A DNA stretch of 63,989 bases, counting the filler, from Guillardia theta CCMP2712 (Eukaryota; Protista; Cryptophyta): the NCBI RefSeq assembly GCF_000315625.1. It is 6 parts of 6 records of this genome, joined end to end, with 100 filler letters (N's around TTAATTAATTAA, not from the genome) between each part and the next. Parts side by side here need not be neighbours in the genome. Positions count along the whole stretch, not along the records: positions 51,784 to 59,731 come from NW_005434243.1; positions 59,832 to 62,567 come from NW_005434654.1; positions 62,668 to 63,989 come from NW_005434069.1; 3 more parts are not named here. One strand, 5' to 3'. Position numbers and translations under genes: made by a program. Below, one piece after another: positions 54,401 through 63,989 of the stretch. The stretch's first letter is position 1. Each line of letters begins with the position of its first letter. The notes under the pieces are model-generated. The model searched no databases. It was not told the DNA's origin and was given only the letters and a program-made list of their open reading frames with translations.

Positions 54401-55229
54401 GGAAGGAGAAGTCCCTCCCTGCACACCTCATGAAATATTCCTTCTCTCATCTCCTCTCTCTTCCCCAGCCCTTCCTCCACCTCCTCCAGCACCCGCCCCC
54501 GCCTCCCGCCCATTCCGCTGGCGTGCCTGCCTGAATTCATCCCCCTCATCCTCAACCCGGCCCGGGCCCGCCGCCGGGCTTCTGCCGGAGCACTGAAGTT
54601 GACCGAACCGGCCCGGGGCCCGGGGGCCCGGGGCCGACCGGGGGCCGCGGAAAGCCAAATGTGACTCAAACGTGACTACTACTGTTATAAAGAGTAAAGT
54701 AGTTATTAAAGTGGTATATCCGGTAGAGAATATTTAACAAGTATTTTATGGGTACGTATCGTACTTGATCTTGGTACCATTAGGAGAGTTTTAGTCCAAC
54801 ACTGTACTGTTAACAAATTTTATACTGTACTAAGTTGTTTTTAAAATACTACCAAGAGTGGGATCCCTGACGGGGGCGACATTTTTTGTATAAAAACTAT
54901 TTTTATCGCACCCCACCCTCTTATTCGACATTTTCTCACCCACCCAAAGGAGGTGTTGCAAGGAATTAATTGTACCCCCACCCCCTAAAAGTCCTTGAAC
55001 TGATTGGGTATTCCCTCTAAATTCCTTGTCCTACCCTCCAGGGCCAGCTCCGAGGTGACCCCACCCACGAGATGCCTCTGGTGTACGTGGGTCAAAGTCG
55101 CTAGGACCAGACTATGGCTCTTGTGAGTGTCTGTAGTACCAAGAAAGTTTTCGTAGAGGTTCTACCAACATCCTATGACCCCCTACGGCTGCTATCTTGA
55201 GATGGTACTCTTGTTTTTGTGGCTGCAAT

Positions 55230-55292
55230 CATCCTATAATCCTATAATCCTATAATCCTATAATCCTATAATCCTGTAATCCCATAATTCTA
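55230..55292. repeat. (ATCCTATA)n octamer array
   Basis: About five perfect copies followed by degenerate ones. Confidence 0.9.
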
Positions 55293-56054
55293 GGACCTCT
55301 CTAAGGAGAAGATAGGACCTGTGTGGGAGGAAATTTGGCTGGGAGCAAAATCAATTGTAGAGTGGTCCTACTAGTCACCATAGTTTGTGTCATAGGAACA
55401 GAGCAGTTAAGGTCATAGGAAATGACCTAGGCCATGGTGATATCTCACACCGGGTGGTCATACAATTGATAGGGGGGGTGATCGCAGCTGTCCTAATATG
55501 GGTGGGTGTAATTGGGCCTGATGGAGGGGGTAGGGTGGTCAACGGTATTGAATGTAAAGACAGGGTACTGACTTCTGGTGTTGAAGCGTGTTTTTGGGTG
55601 GTCACACAAGGGGGTAGGGTAGTTAGGGACACGCATTTCTCGGCCAGGGTGGGCGAGAGGCATCGAAATCCAATGAGGGTAGGGTACTCATTGATTAATA
55701 TTCTTGGGTGGGTAAGATAGACTTCGAGAAGGGGGTACTGCATAGGGGGGGTAAAGAAGTTGGAATATGTTGGTGGGTGGTTTTTTGGTAGGGTGGGGTA
55801 TAGGAGGATGGGTAGGGGTATCTGGTATTGGGACACACCAGGGGTAGGTACTTTGCATCACCTGATGGGTGGTCTGGTACTTGAGTAAAACTAGTACTGA
55901 AAGAATGATAGAGTAAACGTTTCCTGATATTCGCGAGCAATGCACAGAAGCGCTACAAAAGATGTTGTGAGAGCGAGGAGAGGCACATGGCAGAGGGCAT
56001 GGGCGGCAGGGGTCGGTGCGGGCCAGGAGGAGCAGGAGGAGCAGGAGGAGCAGG

Positions 56055-56096
<42 letters not shown>

Positions 56097-57006
56097 AAGG
56101 ATGTATGCCAGGATAAAGTAGAGCAAGACGAGTTTTAGATAGCTGAGCCTGAAGTTGGGAGCAGTGCCAAGTGACAATCGAAGGAACTGAGCAAAGAGAC
56201 AACGTGGAGGAGCAGGGAGACGAACATCTAATGAGGATCAGCAGTGGAAGTGAAGAAGCACGGGCATGTGTGAGTTATGATTATGAGCGATGTCAACATT
56301 TCAAGGGCAAGAGCCAGTCATGATATGGGACCTAAAGGAAACAGCAGGAACAGCAAAGTGGTGCAGGAGACAGGCCAGAAACTAGCTGCCCTAAGAGCAG
56401 GGTCAGTATGGTCGGTGGAGAAGCTAGGTTCCAGGCTAGTTTTTGACATAGAAATTATGGGGAGAGAAGGGCCTATCATTAGATCCAGGTGTGATTTCAA
56501 GTGACAATGTCGTATATTGCATCATGTGCAGTGCACGCTTTGTATGACAGTTGAGATACAATCAGAGAAAGGAATGCAATCAGAAAAAGAGATGCGATGA
56601 CAGATGTGTTGTTGCGTGCTGTTGCTTTGCAAATGTCGCATGTAGCTTTCATCTGGAATGATCGGAGATGTTGAATTGATTTCACGGATGCTCTAAAGAC
56701 CTGGATGGCTGTGATAATGTTCCTGTTTTGCTTTTGAGCTGAATTATTGCTGCAGGTGGTGGATCCAACAGAGTTACAACAGCCCGCTGTAAATGAGGTT
56801 TCGCTTGCTGGAGGAACGGTTGTGAAGAGGGGAGGGTACAAGCCTATGCATACGAGCGCAGTTTGGTTCAAGAGCTGTACATCCTGAATGAGCTGTGCTG
56901 GTCTTGAGCTCGTGGAAGGATAGCCAAAAGTGTGAGGCAATCTACACAAGGAAGAAAGTGAGGGAGAGAAAGTCTGCGACAAGACAAGTGACAGGAGCGA
57001 GCAGGG

Positions 57007-57513
57007 ATGGGAAACGTGTTTTCGAGCTCACAGGAGAAAGAGTTCAAGAAGCTGTGCAAGCGGAATACGCGAGTGAACCGAGAGAGATTCGCCAGCGCTG
57101 ATTTCTCCCCCTCCTCCGCGTCGCAGGACCTGGCGGGGTCACCTCGACGATCTATGAAGAGGAACTGCAGCTTTGGGAACCTAGTAACGGAGGTGCGATT
57201 TAACAGCGAGCTGCCGGCACACTTTGAGACGGAGGGAGCAGTTGATGTGGTACATGAAGACTTGATCTATCCCGACGATCAGCAGGAAGAGCATCTGGCT
57301 GATGTGGTTCCAACGACCATCCCGATAGCTCCTTTGAAAGATCTTAAACTGCCGACGAGCCACGTGCCGATGGCGGAGATCGTTAGGAAAGGGTCGCTAA
57401 CAGGGAGTTCGAGAAGTATCTTGAGGAAAGGGAGCCTGCCGTTGGAACTCGAGGTTCAAAATTATCACCTTCAAGCGTTTGCGAACAGTGAAGACGATGT
57501 CGATGGTGAGTGA
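57007..57513 (+). CDS. Hypothetical 168-aa protein with a predicted N-myristoylation site
   Basis: MGNVFSS start fits MGxxxS; the ORF also has repeated RKGSL basophilic kinase-site motifs. Confidence 0.6.
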   Translation: MGNVFSSSQEKEFKKLCKRNTRVNRERFASADFSPSSASQDLAGSPRRSMKRNCSFGNLVTEVRFNSELPAHFETEGAVDVVHEDLIYPDDQQEEHLADVVPTTIPIAPLKDLKLPTSHVPMAEIVRKGSLTGSSRSILRKGSLPLELEVQNYHLQAFANSEDDVDGE

Positions 57514-57648
57514 TATCGAGATGCGTTTGACGTGAACATGACGTTTGTGAAGATGATGACGGGAAAGAAGATATGTCAGGTCATGGAGATCAAGTACAAT
57601 ACAAACTGTGAATAACAACACGATTTTGTGGAATTCTTTCTTCTTCTT

Positions 57649-58107
57649 TCAGTCAAGGCATTTACTTGTTGCTTCTCTCTTTTATGTGATTGGACAACCT
57701 CTGGTAGAAATCAGAAACCTGCTCAAGAGACTAAGTGTATCAGAGATTGAAAGAAACATTTTTTTACCCCGTGATATCCCGGAAAGTAATTCATATCAAT
57801 CAAGAACTGCTTTCTCGTCCCTACAACAAGCACCATCGTCACGTCGATTGCAAGATCACGAGTCCCTCTTGCTCAACCTGTTTCGATGATGATGTCTACC
57901 CCGTACAAAGTCAACCCAAGTTTCTGATGTACAGGATTAAAAAAATTCAAAACTCTTGTCATGTTCCTCCTCTTCCTCCCCCTCCTCCTGTCCCTCACCT
58001 GTCTGATGATATTGTTCAGTTGTCGCACATCTTCGTCTTTCGGCCCATCGAGATTTTGTTGAGCCCCGTTGGGTTTGAAAGCACAAGATTTCTAGTGGAA
58101 GTCAGAA

Positions 58108-58151
<44 letters not shown>

Positions 58152-58908
58152 GAGGAGGAATAGGAGGGGGAGTCCTCAGGCTTCAGACAGCACCTGACTG
58201 TTGAAGGAATATGGAAGTTCAGTGTCATTCCCAACATCCTGCAATGAAGTCAGAAGGAAACAAGAGCAGAGGGGAGAGAGGGAGAGAGGGAGAGAGGGAG
58301 AGAGGGAGAGGGAGAGAGAGGGAGAGAGGGAGAGGGAGAGACAGAGAGACAGAGAGAGAGAGACAGAGAGGGAGGGAGGGAGATAGAGCGAGGGGGAGAA
58401 ACCGGGTGGAAGAGAGCAAAGGAGAGGAGAGGAACAAGAGATTGAACAACATACAAAGCTGTAACAAGAAGGGGACAAGTTCTGAACCTCTAAAGAAGGT
58501 CTGGGGAGGATGTAGAAATGTTCGCCAATCACGTAGACCTTCCAAATGACGCCTCCATGGTTGATGAAATTCTGCAGACTTTCTGAGTTAACGATGATCT
58601 TGCCTTGATGGGCAAGAAAGGGGTCTGATAGCAAGGGGTGGAGATGAAGAAGGGAGAGGAGAGGAGAAGGAGAGAGTGGGAGAGGGGGGCGGGGGGATGA
58701 GGTGAATGGTTCAATTCCACCTGGATGGAACATTCTCCGGATAAATCTTCTTTCAACTGACTCACACTAGAAGCAAGTGAGGAGACAAGAGGAGGAGGAG
58801 GAGGAGGAGGACGAGGAGGAGGACGAGGAGGACGAGGAGGACGAGGAGGACGAGGAGGACGAGGAGGAGGAGCAGCAGCAGCAGCAGCAGCAGCGTCGTC
58901 GTCGTCGT

Positions 58909-58939
<31 letters not shown>

Positions 58940-59079
58940 GTTGGTCGTCGCTCACTCGTCAAAGACTGTCATGATGTGCGCGTTGTCGACGCCACACGCA
59001 GCGTCAAGTTTGCACAAGAAAGGAGGTCGGAGGCCGAGAGCCTTGAGCCCTGCGACTGAGATGAGAGAGGCGAAGAGAG

Positions 59080-59120
<41 letters not shown>

Positions 59121-59122
59121 AG

Positions 59123-59178
<56 letters not shown>

Positions 59179-59500
59179 AAGGGAGAGGCGAGGAGAGAGA
59201 AGAGGAGAGGAGAGGAGAGGAGAGGAGAGGAGTGGAGAGGAGAGGAGAGGAGAGGAGAGGAGAGGAGAGGAGAGAGGAGAGGAGAGAGGAGAGGAGAGGA
59301 GAGGAGGAGAAAAAGCATTCAGAAAGCTCACCCTGGTTAGAGACTTTGTGCGACAGGATGTCAGCTGCAGTTAGACTTGTACAGGAAGGAGTAGAGAAAG
59401 GGAGCTGGGATGAGAGTAAGACAAGGTTTTGTCCTCAGAGTTTCGTCACGTTGTTGGACGACGAAAGTTGTTGCAACATCTCCTGTCAAACGATGTGAGA
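57649..59500 (-). CDS. ITPK1: Inositol 1,3,4-trisphosphate 5/6-kinase (ATP-grasp), 5' partial
   Basis: PFLCKLDAACGVDNAHIM, QNFINHGGVIWKVYVIG...RPSL, FNSQ, GVDIII and VLDINYFPGY. Confidence 0.85.
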
Positions 59501-59519
59501 CATCCTGATCTCTGATTTC

Positions 59520-59731
59520 TACTCTACCATCTACCATCTACCATCTACCATCTACTCTACCATCTACCATCTACCATCTACCATCTACCATCTACTCTAC
59601 CATCTACCATCTACCATCTACCATCTACCATCCTACTCTACCATCTACCATCTACCATCTACCATCTACCATCTACTCTACCAGTCTACCATCTACCATC
59701 TACCAGTCACCATCTAATCACCATCTACCAT
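59520..59731. repeat. (CTACCAT)n heptamer array running into a gap
   Basis: Directly visible tandem heptamers. Confidence 0.92.
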
Positions 59732-59889
59732 NNNNNNNNNNNNNNNNNNNNNNNNNNNNNNNNNNNNNNNNNNNNTTAATTAATTAANNNNNNNNNNNNN
59801 NNNNNNNNNNNNNNNNNNNNNNNNNNNNNNNAGAGGAGAAAGTGAGGGAAGAAAGAGGGAAGGGAAGGCAGAAGGCATATCAAGACTCC

Positions 59890-62535
59890 TACCGGGACGA
59901 TCAAGATCGACAGCGATGATGTTGGCGCCTTAATGAAAACAATTATCCTTCCTCCTCCTCCTCCTTCTCCTCCGTGTTCCTAGCTTTCTTGCTCCCTCCT
60001 CCTCCATGTTGTCGTTCCTCACTCTCCTCCCCTTACCAAGCTCCTTGAGCAGTTGGAACGGACCCATGGCACTTGTGGCTCCGAGCAGGACAAAATACTG
60101 AGACATCACAGCATCAGAACTCCTTCCTCCTCGTCCTCGTTCCTCCTCGTCTTCGTTCCTCCTCCTCCTCCTCCTCGTTCCTCCTCCTCCTCTTGGTCGT
60201 TCCTCCTCGTCTTCGCTCCTCCTCCTCCTCGTTCCTTGCCATTTCCACATTCTCAATCCCTTAGTTGCATGCTCCTTCTCCCCCTCCCCCTCCCCCTCCT
60301 CCTCACCTCCTTGGATAGATCACACCAAGACTTGTTCCTGACCACTTCCTTGATCGCTTCCCCGCAGTCAGGTTCGATGGTCCCGTACTGCACCCAGCGA
60401 TCGATCTGAGAGACTGTCAGAAGCACGCAGACACTATCGCTTTCTGCTGCTGCTGCCCTTCCTCTATCGTTCTTCCTCTCCTCCCTCCCCCTCCTTCCCC
60501 CCTCCTTCCCCGCACCTGGTCGATCAGCTCGTGACCCTCCAGCATCGTCTCCTTGCCAGTATGGAAGCACTTGTAGGGAACGCGGATGGTGAACTCGCTA
60601 GGCCTTCCCTTCCTGCCTTTGACAGTGTGCGTGTAGAAAGATCCAGTCCTCTTCGCCAGTGCATCCTTGAAGCTCATCTGCGATACGTCAGCCAAGGAGC
60701 AGAAAGTGCGAGGAGCGAGAACGGAGGAGGAGGAGGAGGAGGAGGATCGGGGGGGGGGGGAGAGAGAGAGAGAGAGGAGGAGAGAGTGGAGGAGGAGGAG
60801 GAGGAGGAGGAGGAGGAGGGGGGGGGGGGGGGTTCAAAAGGGGCCAAGGGGAAAAAAAGGCGAAAGTCGTTTATGGTAAAATTTAAGAATACCAAAACCG
60901 GTGACGCTAGGTTTAAAAAGGTGAAATTTCTCCCGGGGNNNNNNNNNNNNNNNNNNNNNNNNNNNNNNNNNNNNNNNNNNNNNNNNNNNNNNNNNNNNNN
61001 NNNNNNNNNNNNNNNNNNNNNNNNNNNNNNNNNNNNNNNNNNNNNNNNNNNNNNNNNNNNNNNNNNNNNNNNNNNNNNNNNNNNNNNNNNNNNNNNNNNN
61101 NNNNNNNNNNNNNNNNNNNNNNNNNNNNNNNNNNNNNNNNNNNNNNNNNNNNNNNNNNNNNNNNNNNNNNNNNNNNNNNNNNNNNNNNNNNNNNNNNNNN
61201 NNNNNNNNNNNNNNNNNNNNNNNNNNNNNNNNNNNNNNNNNNNNNNNNNNNNNNNNNNNNNNNNNNNNNNNNNNNNNNNNNNNNNNNNNNNNNNNNNNNN
61301 NNNNNNNNNNNNNNNNNNNNNNNNNNNNNNNNNNNNNNNNNNNNNNNNNNNNNNNNNNNNNNNNNNNNNNNNNNNNNNNNNNNNNNNNNNNNNNNNNNNN
61401 NNNNNNNNNNNNNNNNNNNNNNNNNNNNNNNNNNNNNNNNNNNNNNNNNNNNNNNNNNNNNNNNNNNNNNNNNNNNNNNNNNNNNNNNNNNNNNNAGATG
61501 ATGATGAAGATGATGATGGAGAGGAAGAGGAGGAAGAGGAAGAGGGGGAGGGGGAGGGGGAGGGGGAGGGGGAGGGGAAGGAGGAGGAAGAGGAAGAGGA
61601 GGAGGAGGAGGAGGAGGAGGAAGAAGAAGAGGGGAGGAGGAGGAGGAGGAGGAAGAGGAAGGAGGGGGAAGGAGTTTAGGGGGGAGGAGAAGGAGAAGGA
61701 TGATGAGGATGAGGATGAGGATGAGGATGAGGATGAGTAGGACAGGGCGCGATAGGAGGGGGGTAGAGGAGAACCTGGAGATGATGGCGTCGCACGCCAA
61801 GTTGACGCGCACGTGAAGCTCGCCGTCGAGGTAGGTGTATCCTCCGAGAGTGACTGCCTTCCCTCCGCATACCTGGAAGATGAAGACAAAGAGGAGGCAA
61901 CGAGGGAAAGGAGAGGAGAAAAGTGGAGAGGAGAGGAGAGGAGAGGAGACAAGTGGAGAGAGGAGGAGAGAAGAAGAGAGGAGAGGAGGGGAGAGAAGAA
62001 GAGAGGAGAGGAGGGGAGAGAAGAAGAGAGGAGAGGAGGGGAGAGAAGAAGAGAGGAGAGGAGAGGACAGGAGAATAAGCAGAGGAGGAGACGAGAGGAG
62101 AGCAGAATGAAAGGACGAGACAAACAACGGGCAGGATTGAAAGGGAAGAAAAAAAGAGGAAAAGTGAGAAAAAAGCAGAAAGAAGGAAGGAGCAGTTTCA
62201 CCTTGGGAACACACTCTTTCAACCAGTTGCAGATCTCGGGAGTCTACGGCAGATGTCAGGAGGAGGAGAGGAGAGGAGAGGAGAGGAGAGGAGAGGAGAG
62301 GAGAGGAGAGGAGAGGAGAGGAGAGGAGAGGAGAGGAGAGGGGACGAGAAGGTAGTTGGGGTTAACTCGAGAGGAGCGGAGTGGAGAGACGGGATGGAAA
62401 AGGAGACGGGGAGTCATGCGAGGGGATGACCTGGTTCATGATGTTCGCCCCGCATAGCTGATAGAGTTCGTCTCCTTGCTGACCCTTGAAGGGGCATTCT
62501 CATATGAAAGTGTGACGGTAGCGCACGAGTCCTAC
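59890..62535 (-). CDS. Uncharacterised Rossmann-like protein, fragmentary exons across gaps
   Basis: YFVLLGATSAMGPFQLLKEL-GANIIAVDLDRP, DRWVQYGTIEPDC, LPEICNWL and TLGGYTYLDGELHVRVNLACDAI. Confidence 0.55.
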
Positions 62536-62667
62536 AGGGGGCTGAGAGTGCAGGAGGAGGAGGAGGANNNNNNNNNNNNNNNNNNNNNNNNNNNNNNNNN
62601 NNNNNNNNNNNTTAATTAATTAANNNNNNNNNNNNNNNNNNNNNNNNNNNNNNNNNNNNNNNNNNNN

Positions 62668-63989
62668 AAGCGAGCGATTGGCCCCGTCTAATAAACAGCG
62701 GGGTGTAGACCCTCAGAGGGCGTGAACTCGTCCCCTCCCCGACTATGCGGAAGCTCCCGCTTGAACCTCGCAAACTCTAGCAGGTCGGGATGCGCGGCGA
62801 GGTACTGCGAGGAAGGCCAGCGGTGGTATTTCTCAAGCGCCAGGTGGACAGAGAGGTCAAAGCGACGAATCTGTGACTGGACCCGCGGGAGAAACGGAGA
62901 TGACCCCTGGAGGAAGAAGCGCAGCTTCTGGAGATGGCTCGCCCTCACCAGAAGCATAGGATTTACTGGCAGAAGGTAAAAAGTGCCTCAAGCAAAACAA
63001 AGCACACCAGCGTCTTGAACATGAAGCCATGCTGGACGAGCCCGAGCTTCGAGAGCTCTTCGTTGAGGGTAGAGACCTTCGCTCGGAGCTGACTAGCATG
63101 AAATCCATCCGTGCCGATAGGCAGGCCGCCAAGTGTAATCCCGCCAGTGACGACCTCGAAGTGAAGAAGTTGAGTCTTGAGACGGCGCTTAAGGCTCTTC
63201 TTCAGCTGCGAGAGATCAGGGTGTTGATGCCAGGAGGGGATGTAAACTTTCGACTCGCGAGGTTGAATCTCTAGCTTCAGATCAGCTACCATGTACTTCT
63301 TCATAGCGGACGTAGCTGCAACGGCATCCTCGAGTGGACCGACAAGTACGACGTTGTCAGCATAGGCCAAGACTCGAACAGAGGGAAAAAGCTCTGCGAT
63401 ATGGAGGAGCAGGGGGTGGATACTGTGGCAGAAAAACACGCTGGAGGGGACATCGCCCTGACAGACGCCCGAGGTACACTGAACGGAGGCTGACTGACTT
63501 TTGTGAAAGAGTCGAAGGTCAGCAGAGTCTCCATAGTAGCTGGAGAGGTAGGAGGCGAACAAACGGAGATGCTCGCAAGAGGGCAAGCTTGCGCCTTCAG
63601 TGATGCTCCCATCAAAGTAGTCGCGACTCGCACGTCCCTCGTTTGCATCGAAGAGAGCCTGGCGGTCGAGGGAGTTGAAGGCGTTCTTTGCATCCAAACT
63701 CCCCAGCACTGTGGGGTTGGCAACATCCTCATCATCACCGCGAGCGTGAAGGGGCAGGAGCGCTGACGCGGTTTGCGAGAACTTCAGACAGCCGTCTCGA
63801 TCGAGTCCGAACTGAATCGCTCGAGGGTGAGACGAGAGGAAGTGCTGGTCAAGAAATGAGCGAATCCCTGCCAAAGCAAGCTTCGTCGCGAGTCGACGGT
63901 GTGCGGAACCGATGACAATTGGCCGGAGACCAGGTTTATCAGCTCCCTTGGAGAGGGGAATAAATCTGCCTCCTCGACGAATGGCTGAC
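62668..63989 (-). mobile_element. Non-LTR retrotransposon reverse transcriptase, CRE-like, disrupted; runs off the window edge
   Basis: FIPLSKG..LRPIVIGSAHRRLATK, QFGL..DGC, LDAKNAFNSLDR, GVCQGD..SSVFFC, AYADNV and LGGLPIG; post-RT segment KLRFFL..RFD..V..LPHSRGG..PAVY. Confidence 0.85.

Noticed and set aside
55920-56950. Possible multi-exon plus-strand gene
   Set aside because: Splice-like signals are present, but no consistent reading frame or family motif could be supported.
59520-59731. (CTACCAT)n as an interstitial telomere
   Set aside because: It does not match TTAGGG or TTTAGGG types and is one of many local SSRs.

Overview
Intron-rich eukaryotic nuclear scaffold of about 50-55% GC. 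It has N gaps, four of them carrying a TTAATTAATTAA filler. The short GT-AG introns with CTGAC branch sites and the microsatellite-filled introns resemble a cryptophyte such as Guillardia theta; this is my inference and is unverified. Recognisable genes in order: class-III aminotransferase (-), coiled-coil protein (+), casein kinase 1 fused to a C2 domain (-), rhomboid protease (-), a 7.3-kb palindrome carrying two head-to-head intronless degenerate-CHAT + ARM-repeat genes, a tandem-PH GYG potassium/CNBD-type channel (+), Cdc14 phosphatase (-), a double-AP2 transcription factor (-), a PA14-like protein (-), IRE1 kinase/RNase (+), a possible ELYS-like protein (-), ITPK1 (-), an uncharacterised Rossmann-like protein (-), and a disrupted CRE-like non-LTR reverse transcriptase at the right edge. 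The best candidate for an undescribed system is the palindromic pseudo-caspase/ARM gene pair. Its arms are almost identical except for amino-acid changes clustered on consecutive predicted ARM helix-3 segments, which resembles a diversifying receptor pair. The second candidate is a recurring intergenic pattern of GGGTAG-rich islands, AT/GTAC spacers and palindrome-dense GC islands. Exon boundaries and family calls come from reading motifs by eye; no searches were run.
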